DNA of 64,000 bases from positions 199-64,198 of the forward strand of contig JAHJMO010000009.1 in NCBI GenBank assembly GCA_018821245.1. The letters are read 5' to 3'. Both the position numbers and the translations under genes were made by a program. Origin of the DNA: Patescibacteria group bacterium (GTDB lineage: Bacteria > Patescibacteriota > Microgenomatia > UBA10105 > UBA927). This document shows positions 22,334 through 31,270 of this stretch, in pieces (the first letter of the stretch is position 1; every line of letters begins with the position of its first letter). The notes beneath the pieces were generated by a model. The model made no database searches. It had not been told where the DNA came from and worked only from the letters and a program-made list of their open reading frames with translations.

Positions 22334-24358
22334 ATGGATATTCAACTCATAGCATTATTCGCCGCCCCAGCTACAGCCATCATTTCTTTGGTGTACGGGT
22401 TATACCTCACGAAAAAGGTCCTGGCCCAAGACGAGGGAAATGAAAAATTGCAAACGATTGCCAAAGCAGTACGCGAGGGTGCTATGTCATACTTGGCCAG
22501 CCAATTTAAAGTAGTATCCGTATTTATGATCGTTCTGGCAATTCTGATTTGGTTGACTTTAGGACAGGGTATAGCGATTACATTTCTCCTTGGTGCATTG
22601 TTTAGCGCGGTTATTGGTTATTGTGGCATGTGGATCGCAGTCCGTGCCAATGTCCGGACTGCTAATGCTGCCACTCACGGTTTAAATCAAGCCTTGTCAG
22701 TCTCTTTCGGTGCCGGAACCGTTAATGGAATGTTGGTGGTAGGTTTAGGACTGCTGGGCGTATCCATAATTTATATGTGGAGTTATTTTAGTTTTATTTC
22801 CCAAGGAGCGGATGCTGTCGCTAAACACGCGACGGACGTTTTGGTCGGATATGGATTCGGTGCGGCACTACTTGCACTGTTTATGCGGGTAGGTGGCGGA
22901 ATATTCACCAAAGCGGCTGACGTGGGGGCAGATCTCGTCGGTAAAGTCGAAAAGGGTATCCCGGAAGACGACCCTCGTAATCCGGCAACAATTGCCGATA
23001 ACGTCGGAGATAACGTCGGCGACTGCGCCGGAATGGCAGCAGATGTTTTTGAGTCGTACGCGCTGACAATCGTTGCAGCGATGATTTTGGGTGGAACTTT
23101 ATTTGGTTTAAAAGGTGTTGTGTTCCCGCTGCTGGCTCGCTCTGGTGCTATTTTGGCTTCTATTTTAGGTTCATTTTTTGTTAAGGCTAAAAATGACCAG
23201 GAAAATCCGATTAATCCGCTGATGAAAGGATTCATCATCTCTGCTGTTTCAGCAGCATTTATTTTCATGGGTTTGGCAACGTATTTGTTGGGTGAACCGA
23301 AAGCCGGATATGCTGCTATCTCTGGCATTGTAGCTATGATGGCGCTTTTGTATATCACGAAATATTATACCGGTCCCGGTGAAAAAACCATCATAGGAAT
23401 TGCAACGGCCAGCAAAACCGGCGCCGGCACCAATCTGATTTCTGGTATTTCTTACGGTATGGAATCAACATTCGTTTCTGTACTGGTGGTCATCGCGGCC
23501 ATCTTCGCAGGCTACAGTTTCTTGGGATTTTACGGAATTTCGCTTGCTGGCATGGGCATGCTGGCGACCACCGGCATCATCATGGCTCTGGATACTTTCG
23601 GACCGATTGCCGATAACGCACAGGGAATGGTGCAAATGGCCGGACTTACCGGCAAAGCGGCTGTGGTAACCAGCGCGTTAGACGCTGTAGGCAATACCAC
23701 CAAAGCTTTAACCAAGGGTTTTGCCGTGGGAAGTGCAGCGGTCGCGGCCAGCAGTCTGTTTGCCACGTATTTTGAAGCTACGGGACTCACGGCTATAGAT
23801 ATAGCCAATCCTAAAGTATTTATCGGACTGCTACTTGGAAGCGCTTTGCCTTTTCTTTTCAGTTCCAGGCTAATCGGTTCTGTGGGACGGGCTGCATTTG
23901 AAGTAGTTGAAGAAGTACGCCGCCAATTTAAAACAATCAAAGGTATTATGGAAGGCACAACTCTTCCTGATTACTCAAAAGCGGTGGCAATCGTAACTGC
24001 GGCTGCACAAAAAGAATTAATCATCCCCGCGGCAATCGTCGTAGGACTGCCGATTTTGACCGGTTTATTAGGAGCCAGCGCCTTGGGCGGATTTTTAGGA
24101 GGAGTAGTTGCCTCGGGGCTGACGTTAGCATTTTTTATGTGCAATACCGGAGGCGCGTGGGATAATGCAAAAAAATATATCGAGGACGGGCATTTCGGCG
24201 GGAAAGGAAGCGATACGCATAAAGCGGCGGTAGTGGGAGATATTGTTGGTGATCCGCTCAAGGATACGTCCGGACCAGCTCTTAACCCGATGATGAAAAT
24301 AGTACAAATCGTTGCGCTACTCATCGCACCATTTGTCATTCAATTCATTGGAAAATAA
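22334..24358 (+). CDS. hppA: Membrane-bound H+-translocating pyrophosphatase, K+-independent signature
   Basis: GGGIFTKAADVGADLVGKVE, EDDPRN, DNVGDNVGD, GPIADNA, GNTTKA, GGAWDNAKK, GDPLKDTSGP; SD AAAGGAGGA. Confidence 0.95.
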   Translation: MDIQLIALFAAPATAIISLVYGLYLTKKVLAQDEGNEKLQTIAKAVREGAMSYLASQFKVVSVFMIVLAILIWLTLGQGIAITFLLGALFSAVIGYCGMWIAVRANVRTANAATHGLNQALSVSFGAGTVNGMLVVGLGLLGVSIIYMWSYFSFISQGADAVAKHATDVLVGYGFGAALLALFMRVGGGIFTKAADVGADLVGKVEKGIPEDDPRNPATIADNVGDNVGDCAGMAADVFESYALTIVAAMILGGTLFGLKGVVFPLLARSGAILASILGSFFVKAKNDQENPINPLMKGFIISAVSAAFIFMGLATYLLGEPKAGYAAISGIVAMMALLYITKYYTGPGEKTIIGIATASKTGAGTNLISGISYGMESTFVSVLVVIAAIFAGYSFLGFYGISLAGMGMLATTGIIMALDTFGPIADNAQGMVQMAGLTGKAAVVTSALDAVGNTTKALTKGFAVGSAAVAASSLFATYFEATGLTAIDIANPKVFIGLLLGSALPFLFSSRLIGSVGRAAFEVVEEVRRQFKTIKGIMEGTTLPDYSKAVAIVTAAAQKELIIPAAIVVGLPILTGLLGASALGGFLGGVVASGLTLAFFMCNTGGAWDNAKKYIEDGHFGGKGSDTHKAAVVGDIVGDPLKDTSGPALNPMMKIVQIVALLIAPFVIQFIGK

Positions 24359-24376
24359 ATAAGGCGAATCCGCACT

Positions 24377-26899
24377 ATGAACATCGGAAAGGTACAACCA
24401 TCGGAAATCGTGAAGGAAATGCAGAAGTCGTATCTGGATTACGCGATGAGCGTGATCGTATCGCGTGCGCTCCCTGATGTACGCGACGGTCTCAAACCCG
24501 TACACCGACGGATCCTTTTTGCCATGCATCAAGTGGGTTTAACCCACACAAGCCGCTATAGCAAAAGCGCAAAAATCGTCGGAGAAGTATTGGGGAAATA
24601 CCATCCTCACGGCGATGCTCCTGTGTATGAAGCACTCGTCCGGATGGCTCAAGAATTTTCCATGCGATACCGTCTTGTAGACGGTCAGGGTAACTTTGGA
24701 TCTATCGACGGAGACCCGCCGGCTGCTATGCGTTACACGGAATGCCGGATGGCCGCTATAGCCGGAGAAATGCTCTTGGATATTGAAAAAGACACAGTCG
24801 AGTTTACCCCAAACTTCGACAGTACAATCAAAGAACCCGTATATCTCCCTGCAAAGCTCCCCAATCTTCTCCTAATGGGATCGGAGGGAATTGCAGTGGG
24901 AATGGCAACCAAAATCCCTCCCCACAACCTTTGCGAGATCGTAGATGCAGTCATGTACATGATCGGAAAAATAAAAATTGAACACGTGATCGATCGACAA
25001 TCGAATCCGACAACTCCCGATACCCCCCAATTCAATATTCGCTTCGATGTTGGCCTTGATGATCTGCTTCAGTTCGTTCAGGGACCGGATTTTCCTACCG
25101 GCGGGTCCATTTATGACATCAATGAAATAAAGGCTGCCTACGCAACCGGCAAAGGGAAAATTGTCATGCGCGGTAAAGCGGAAATTGAAGATATTGGGCA
25201 AGGCAAAAACGCTATAGCTATTACCGAACTGCCGTATCAAGTGAATAAGGCGACTTTGGTATCCAAAATCGCAGATCTTGTAAAAGACAAAAAAATTGAA
25301 GGCATATCCGACCTGCGTGATGAGTCCGACAGACGGGGTATACGCGTCGTAGTCGAACTTAAACGCGATGCCCAACCAAACAGAATACTCAATAACCTCT
25401 ATAAACATACCGATCTTCAATGCACGTTCCCCGTCAATACCGTAGCACTTGTCGATAATACCCCACAAACGCTAGGCCTCAAAAATATATTAGAAGAGTA
25501 TCTCAAGCACCGGCACTTGGTCATTCACCGGAGGAGCGAATATGAACTTCGGGAAGCACGCGCACGGGAACACATCCTGGAAGGACTCAAAATTGCCGTT
25601 GACCATATCGATGAGGTCATCTCGATCATCAAAAAAAGCAAGGACGCAGAAGAAGCAAAGATAAAACTCATAAAACGCTTCGGACTTACTGACATACAAG
25701 CCACAGCAATATTGGATATGCAACTCCGGCGCCTTGCAGCACTTGAGCGACAAAAAATTGAGGATGAGATTGCCATGATCCGCGAAACCATAAGTTATCT
25801 GGAAAATCTTCTGAAGCATCCGGAAAAAATCTTCAAAGTCATAAAAGAAGAACTCATCAAACTCAAGGACAAATACGGCGATCCGAGAAAGACCCGTGTG
25901 TACAAAAGCAGGGTCGGTGAGTTTTCCGACGAACAACTTATCCCCAACGAACGCACGATTATCACCATGAGCCAGTCAGGATACATCAAGCGCGTCGCGC
26001 GCGGGACCTTCAAAACCCAAGGGAGAGGCGGTAAGGGTGTCATCGGCATGACCACAAAAGAAGAAGACACCATAGACATGATCTTCGGGGCACAAACTCA
26101 CGACAATATGTTGTTTTTTACCGATTTGGGGCGTGTTTATCAAGTACGCGTTTGGGATATACCGGAGGCAAGCCGCCAATCCAAAGGGCAGGCAGTGGTA
26201 AACTTGATTGATATTGAACAGGAAGAAAAAGTTACATCAGTCCTGACGTATTCACTCAAGCGAGCCGAACAAAAAGAACAAGGTGTCGAATATATCCTGA
26301 TGGCCACCAAAAACGGTACTGTGAAAAAATCCAAACTTTCTCAATACGAAAATATCCGCAGAAACGGCCTGGTCGCGATTAAACTCGAAAAAGACGACGA
26401 ACTAGCCTGGGCGAAAATCACGAGCGGCAAAGATGACGTACTCTTAGTCTCACATGAAGGAAAATCAATTAGATTCTCAGAATCAGAAGTGCGCCCAACT
26501 GGCCGCGACACGATGGGAGTTAGGGGCATCTTACTTAAAGGAGCCGATTACGTGGTAATCACGGATATCATTAACCACGAAGCGAAAAAGGGTGATTTCC
26601 TGACGATTATGGAAAAGGGGATCGGCAAAAAAACTCCGGTTTCCGGATTCCCTAAACAAAAACGCGGCGGCCAGGGGGTCAAGGTGGCAGAAGTTAAGGA
26701 TAAAACCGGCAAAGTGGTTGTCTCCCAATTAGTACCGCCTGATTGTGAAGGTGTTATTTTGACCTCAACCAAAGGCCAGGTAGTTAAACTTCCAATTAGC
26801 TCGGTGCCTTCTTTAGGACGCGCAACCAGCGGCGTCATCCTCATGCGGTTTACCGATAAGTCAGATACTATTGCTGCTGCGACGTGTTTAACCAAGTAA
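24377..26899 (+). CDS. gyrA: DNA gyrase subunit A
   Basis: [23 protein letters not shown] catalytic Tyr, GyrA-box QGRGGKG, beta-pinwheel CTD. Confidence 0.97.
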   Translation: MNIGKVQPSEIVKEMQKSYLDYAMSVIVSRALPDVRDGLKPVHRRILFAMHQVGLTHTSRYSKSAKIVGEVLGKYHPHGDAPVYEALVRMAQEFSMRYRLVDGQGNFGSIDGDPPAAMRYTECRMAAIAGEMLLDIEKDTVEFTPNFDSTIKEPVYLPAKLPNLLLMGSEGIAVGMATKIPPHNLCEIVDAVMYMIGKIKIEHVIDRQSNPTTPDTPQFNIRFDVGLDDLLQFVQGPDFPTGGSIYDINEIKAAYATGKGKIVMRGKAEIEDIGQGKNAIAITELPYQVNKATLVSKIADLVKDKKIEGISDLRDESDRRGIRVVVELKRDAQPNRILNNLYKHTDLQCTFPVNTVALVDNTPQTLGLKNILEEYLKHRHLVIHRRSEYELREARAREHILEGLKIAVDHIDEVISIIKKSKDAEEAKIKLIKRFGLTDIQATAILDMQLRRLAALERQKIEDEIAMIRETISYLENLLKHPEKIFKVIKEELIKLKDKYGDPRKTRVYKSRVGEFSDEQLIPNERTIITMSQSGYIKRVARGTFKTQGRGGKGVIGMTTKEEDTIDMIFGAQTHDNMLFFTDLGRVYQVRVWDIPEASRQSKGQAVVNLIDIEQEEKVTSVLTYSLKRAEQKEQGVEYILMATKNGTVKKSKLSQYENIRRNGLVAIKLEKDDELAWAKITSGKDDVLLVSHEGKSIRFSESEVRPTGRDTMGVRGILLKGADYVVITDIINHEAKKGDFLTIMEKGIGKKTPVSGFPKQKRGGQGVKVAEVKDKTGKVVVSQLVPPDCEGVILTSTKGQVVKLPISSVPSLGRATSGVILMRFTDKSDTIAAATCLTK

Positions 26900-26935
26900 T
26901 ACAAGAGTTTACCCTTTCTGTTTACTTATGTTTAA

Positions 26936-26963
26936 TGTTTTAATGTATTAATACATTAAAACA
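26936..26963. promoter_or_regulatory. 28-bp perfect palindrome, candidate TrpR-family operator array
   Basis: TGTTTTAATGTATT|AATACATTAAAACA; TTAA recurs every 8 bp; core identical to 27445-27460. Confidence 0.6.
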
Positions 26964-26992
26964 CAATATATAAACCTGACTCCATTAATAAA

Positions 26993-27430
26993 TCAGGGCT
27001 TCGTTTGTGGATTGACTTCTTTGTCGCGCATTCCGTAAGCGCGTTGATGCATGGTCTTTTTTGAGAACATATCCTCCAGTAAACCATCAAGCTTCTGCCA
27101 AAACTCCTGCCACTTTTCAGCTTTTCGAACCATGCTGATCGCTTTACGATAGCCTTTGCCTTGGTTCTTTAACCAATAATTAACCTGGCTAACTGTCGAA
27201 ACACTTACTTTCATAATTGAGTGGATAGTCCGTTGGTCATAGCCTTTTTCTAATAAAAAGGCGATGGCGAGACGTTTACCCAACATTACTTTTTCCGTCG
27301 GGGTCAGCAAATCATCTAACAGATCATGAATATCATCTTCGGAGTGTAAATCTGCTAATACACGCCAAAATAGAGAATTCATTTGCTCTTTTAATGCCCG
27401 AGGTAAAGGCAATCGAGAAACCTGCGCCAT
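26993..27430 (-). CDS. TrpR/YerC-like repressor (copy 1)
   Basis: LDDLLTPTEKVMLGKRLAIAFLL..G...IHSIMKVSVSTVSQV..WL...GKGY Trp_repressor pattern. Confidence 0.85.
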   Translation of the reverse strand: MAQVSRLPLPRALKEQMNSLFWRVLADLHSEDDIHDLLDDLLTPTEKVMLGKRLAIAFLLEKGYDQRTIHSIMKVSVSTVSQVNYWLKNQGKGYRKAISMVRKAEKWQEFWQKLDGLLEDMFSKKTMHQRAYGMRDKEVNPQTKP

Positions 27431-27436
27431 AAATAA

Positions 27437-27460
27437 ATTATATAAATGTATTAATACATT
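27437..27460 (-). promoter_or_regulatory. Leaderless promoter plus palindromic operator of the TrpR-like gene
   Basis: TATAAT (27437-27442) 6 nt before ATG; adjacent 16-bp palindrome AATGTATTAATACATT (27445-27460). Confidence 0.65.
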
Positions 27461-27629
27461 AGTACAATAACAACTTCCAACTATTTGATCAAGGGCATAG
27501 TAAATAGTAATAAAGTAACCAACAAGAAAGACTGTAAATTAATTTATCTTATTGGTTACGCTGTAAATTTATCCAGGGAACGCTTCCTTAATGTCGATAA
27601 TACAAAACAGATCTGTTAGACTTAAAGGC

Positions 27630-28544
27630 ATGAAAATCAACGGGAAAATAATCGCGGATAACATGCTTGAAGAATTCAAAAAAGCTGTTGATCGACTAAA
27701 TAATGACGGCGTCACACCAAAGCTAGCAGTAATATTAGTAGGAGATAATCCAGCGTCGATTTCTTACATTAAGCAAAAACAAAAAGCCGCGGAAAGGATC
27801 GGGGCCGCAATAGCCTTCAGTCGTCTGTCGCCAGCCATCAGTCAAAATGAATTACAGAACATTATTAATGTATTTAATAACGATTCGAAAATTCACGGAA
27901 TCATTGTCCAGCGGCCGCTGCCACCGGGAGTAGGGGACTGTCAAAACGTTCTCCATTCGATTGTACCGGAAAAAGACGTTGACGGATTTGTACCAGATTC
28001 ACCCTTTGAAGTACCGGTTGCATCTGCAGTATTAAAAATCCTTCAACAAATTCATAAATCTACCACTTTTATTTCATGGTTGCGATCGAAGCATATTGTG
28101 ATTATCGGTCGTGGAGAAACGGCAGGGAAGCCCATCGCTGACCATCTGAAACGATTTTTTGCGACTTCGATAATCGATGTCGCAATAAAGCCGAATGGTT
28201 TTGCGACGTTTCAGAAGAAACGTCGTGACAACCAACATTGTACGACATCAGAAGTGAATTCAAAAACTAAATCGCCCGGCAAAATTATTCAGCAGGGAGA
28301 TGTTGTGATCAGTTGTGTGGGTAAATCCGGAGTAGTCAAACCGGACTTTATTAAACACGGCGCAATTTTAATTTCCGTCGGTATCTGGCGCGACGAGTCG
28401 GGCAAGCTTCACGGAGATTATGAAGAAGACGAAATCAAGAAAATCGCAGGTTTCTATACACCCACTCCCGGAGGGGTAGGCCCGGTCAACGTAGCATGCC
28501 TTATGGCAAACCTCGTTGAAGCTGCACGATCTCAAGCTTTATAA
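27630..28544 (+). CDS. folD: Methylenetetrahydrofolate dehydrogenase/cyclohydrolase, with an internal insertion
   Basis: LAVILVGDNPASISYIKQK, HGIIVQRPLP, EKDVDG, IIGRG..GKP, TPTPGGVGP. Confidence 0.93.
   Translation: MKINGKIIADNMLEEFKKAVDRLNNDGVTPKLAVILVGDNPASISYIKQKQKAAERIGAAIAFSRLSPAISQNELQNIINVFNNDSKIHGIIVQRPLPPGVGDCQNVLHSIVPEKDVDGFVPDSPFEVPVASAVLKILQQIHKSTTFISWLRSKHIVIIGRGETAGKPIADHLKRFFATSIIDVAIKPNGFATFQKKRRDNQHCTTSEVNSKTKSPGKIIQQGDVVISCVGKSGVVKPDFIKHGAILISVGIWRDESGKLHGDYEEDEIKKIAGFYTPTPGGVGPVNVACLMANLVEAARSQAL
28157..28248. repeat. Array of five alternating TTKTRCGACRT-like half-sites inside folD
   Basis: ttttgcgactt, atgtcgcaata, ttttgcgacgt, cgtcgtgacaa, ttgtacgacat; same layout as 30583-30671. 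Confidence 0.7.
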
Positions 28545-28637
28545 ACAAACTTACTATCGGTCTTGTCGAAACCATCGGTAAGTCGTAAAATAGACAGTAA
28601 TCACGCCCCCTTTCTCTTTTTTTTAAAAGGAATTTTT

Positions 28638-29240
28638 ATGGGTAGAAGCCACATAAAACCAATCGAACAACCGGACGAAGTAACGTGCGGCCCAGCTGCA
28701 ATAAAACTCGCCCTGGCAGTCCTGGGTAAACGACGATCCCTGGGGACGCTTGTAACGCTTTCCAAGACAAACAGAAACGGAACCTCCACAAGAAATATGA
28801 TCGCCGCGATGAATAAACTTGGGTTGTCGGTCCTTGCCGTAGAATACGCGACACTGCATCACTTGCAAAGCGCTCTGCGGTACCCTCCTAATCACATACG
28901 AGCAGTAATGGTCGCGTATCTCAACGCGCTTGATGACAATGACGAACCGCATCCCGAATCCGGACACTGGGCAGTAGTTGCCTCATACATGGCCAGCAAA
29001 AGCAGAATCGTACTATTAGACAGCTACTCCGGGAAAAAACGGTCGTTTGATTGGCAGGATTTCCGCGGCCGCTGGATGGATTATGACCTCAAACGCAGGA
29101 AAGTCACAAAACGTGGTCGTAAGTTCAGGCTCGTCCGGCGCTGGCAGCAGCAGCTTATGCTAGTGGTAGCCAAAGACGCCGCGCTTCTGCCTCGTTTTAC
29201 GATATCAACTGCTAAACTCTTTCTCCCGACGGAGCCGTAG
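28638..29240 (+). CDS. C39-family (papain-like) cysteine peptidase, stand-alone
   Basis: EQPDEVTCGPAA (Q...C), GHWAVV (H), LLDS (D); SD AAGGA before ATG 28638. Confidence 0.8.
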   Translation: MGRSHIKPIEQPDEVTCGPAAIKLALAVLGKRRSLGTLVTLSKTNRNGTSTRNMIAAMNKLGLSVLAVEYATLHHLQSALRYPPNHIRAVMVAYLNALDDNDEPHPESGHWAVVASYMASKSRIVLLDSYSGKKRSFDWQDFRGRWMDYDLKRRKVTKRGRKFRLVRRWQQQLMLVVAKDAALLPRFTISTAKLFLPTEP

Positions 29241-29260
29241 GAGGTACACGGTTTTCAGTA

Positions 29261-30190
29261 TTACCCCTTTCTGTGAAACTGCTCGTGAATGCGCCGCAAT
29301 TGCGGATTGGTAATATGGGTATATATCTGGGTTGTTGAAATATTTTTGTGACCTAACATTTCCTGAATAGCCCGCAAATCTGCTCCGCCGGTGAGAAGAT
29401 CAGTAGCGAAGCTGTGCCTCAGACCATGCGGTGTAATTTTGACAGGCAACCGGGCTTTCTTCACATACTTTTCTACCAGCCTCTGCACGCTTCGCGCAGT
29501 CAACCGCAGTGACTCGCCATATTTATCATCAGGATTGGGCTTTTTACCGCTATAGCGGATAAAAAGTGCTCGTGCGTTATCTTCCCGGCTGTCAATATAT
29601 CGCTTAAGCCAATCCACCGAAGAAGTTGAGAGAAATACAACACGAGCGCGTCTTCCTTTGCCAATAACCCCAAATTCCCGGCGCTCAAGATTGATTTGAT
29701 CGCGGTTTAACGCGACCAATTCCGACACACGAAGTCCCGTCGAAAACAAAACTTCAAGAATTGCTTTATCCCTCAACCCCTCGCGTTTGCTTATCTCAGG
29801 CATGTTCAAAAGCCGTTCGATTTGCTCCCGCTCCAGAAATTTAAGAGACCTGCTTTCTGCTTTCGGAAGATCAATTTTATCAGGTGACAGGACGTCGATA
29901 TCCCTTTTGTTTAGGTACTTCAAGAAACTCCTTATGGCAATCATGTGATAGTTCTGGGTCACGCGTTTTAGGGTAATTCCATGGCTGTCTACGAAACGTG
30001 ACAAAAACAAACGGAATTCCCGAATGGCATCCGGCGTGATATCAGAAGGAGCAGGGGAGGGTATACGGGCCGTCAGGAAGCTTAAAAATCGATTCAAATA
30101 GTGAGCATAATTACGTATAGTCAAATGAGAAACATTCCGTTCAATTTCAAGGTATTCGAAAAATTCCTTAATGAGCTGCGCCAGTAACAT
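29261..30190 (-). CDS. XerC/XerD-family tyrosine recombinase
   Basis: SAM-like N-domain, STGLRVSEL, GKG, HGLRHSFAT, LGH, TTQIY (complete R-K-H-R-H-Y set). Confidence 0.94.
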   Translation of the reverse strand: MLLAQLIKEFFEYLEIERNVSHLTIRNYAHYLNRFLSFLTARIPSPAPSDITPDAIREFRLFLSRFVDSHGITLKRVTQNYHMIAIRSFLKYLNKRDIDVLSPDKIDLPKAESRSLKFLEREQIERLLNMPEISKREGLRDKAILEVLFSTGLRVSELVALNRDQINLERREFGVIGKGRRARVVFLSTSSVDWLKRYIDSREDNARALFIRYSGKKPNPDDKYGESLRLTARSVQRLVEKYVKKARLPVKITPHGLRHSFATDLLTGGADLRAIQEMLGHKNISTTQIYTHITNPQLRRIHEQFHRKG

Positions 30191-30582
30191 ACCTAATTTA
30201 ACAATGTACGACATCTGAAAAAATGTCAATATGCTAAAATAAGTCCTATAAACCGTCACCGGAATTCTTGGCAAAACTTACAACGCTGAAAAATACGCAT
30301 GTCGGATCATTTATCGCAAAAGACATAACCTTAGTGGAAACTAATGCCGGCGCACACCCATCAAAAACCCGGATTTTGGGGACATACGAGTTCGGCAAAA
30401 TTTAGCTTCAGTTTTAAGCCTCTGTAATGACCTACAAGGGGTCTTAAATCGAACCGATGGCTCATTGATCGTCTAAAACAAATATCCGCAACGATTCCAG
30501 CCCATAAGTGAGTTGATATATTCAGGTCGCAACAATAGAGAGCACCAAGGAAAAGCATTCAGCAAATGATACATAAAGTCCG

Positions 30583-30671
30583 TTTTGCGACGATTCATAA
30601 ACGTCGCAACAACGGACGCAGACTTTTGCACACGTAGGACGCTACGTCGCAAAAGTATTATTGTACGACAT
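30583..30671. other. Half-site array ending in a dif-like 11-6-11 site (30644-30671)
   Basis: ACGTCGCAAAA-GTATTA-TTGTACGACAT; arms match 8/11 as inverted repeats; preceded by two hairpins built from the same motif. Confidence 0.55.
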
Positions 30672-31108
30672 ATTGGGTTCATTCCCTGTCTTTAGTGGCT
30701 CAAAACTTTATTGCATGAATAAAAGAGGAGTGTGCCTCCGAGGATTCTAGCGACAGAGCAAGACTCTTGTTGCTTTATCCCTTTGTGACATTGCGTTGCA
30801 AATAATACAGAAGAATGGGTAACGCGAGCCCTGTTACATCATATAATGGCTTTCGGATTTTTTTGAAACGACACTATTTAGCGCGTTATTACGTGCTAAA
30901 TCAATAAAATCGAAGCTAACACTACGTGTTGATCTGGCAGGAAGATCAAGTTTTCGGGTATTTTTAGCCCTTCAGTACGCGCTAAACTCTACTTTTTGAG
31001 GCTGATTTTTGAACTATTTCTTTTCCCTACTTTATTAATTTGGCACGTTAGAACAATCTAAAGCACCACTTTTTCGCACACATTGTGTACTCAAGAGAGG
31101 AAAGAGAA

Positions 31109-31132
31109 GCTTAGAGGCTTAGAGGCTTAGAA
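31109..31132. repeat. 8-bp tandem repeat (GCTTAGAG) x3
   Basis: gcttagag gcttagag gcttagaa. Confidence 0.8.
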
Positions 31133-31270
31133 AACATTTGTGAAAATTTGCTCGCCAAACCGTGAAAAGAATTATCCACACATTACCCTATAGTTTTGTA
31201 TTTACCAACCTCAATACCAATATCAAACTATATCATGTCCCTCCCCTATTTCCCCCACTCTGTCTGGTTT

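Noticed and set aside
26548-26904. 118-aa ORF antisense to the gyrA 3' end, preceded by an SD-like sequence
   Set aside because: Fully overlaps the conserved gyrA CTD and has no recognisable motif; only the SD/operator remnant is reported
27515-27559. Imperfect AT-rich hairpin upstream of folD (GTAACCAACAAGA...TCTTATTGGTTAC) as a folate riboswitch
   Set aside because: It lies upstream of the predicted leaderless folD start and shows no THF or ZTP riboswitch consensus
28238-30661. A straightforwardly excisable element between the two dif-like cores
   Set aside because: The 6-bp spacers differ (CCAACA vs GTATTA) and excision would truncate folD; kept only as a hypothesis to test
28157-30671. 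CRISPR array or integron cassette array
   Set aside because: Repeats are short and alternate in orientation with no regular spacers or cas genes; no GTTRRRY-bounded attC sites, and the recombinase is Xer-like without an evident IntI insertion
30361-30682. Two short minus-strand ORFs (65 and 69 aa) in the non-coding gap
   Set aside because: No motifs or clear initiation signals; they overlap the hairpin array
30300-31260. Replication origin
   Set aside because: Only one perfect DnaA box, no dnaA/dnaN nearby, and no visible skew change
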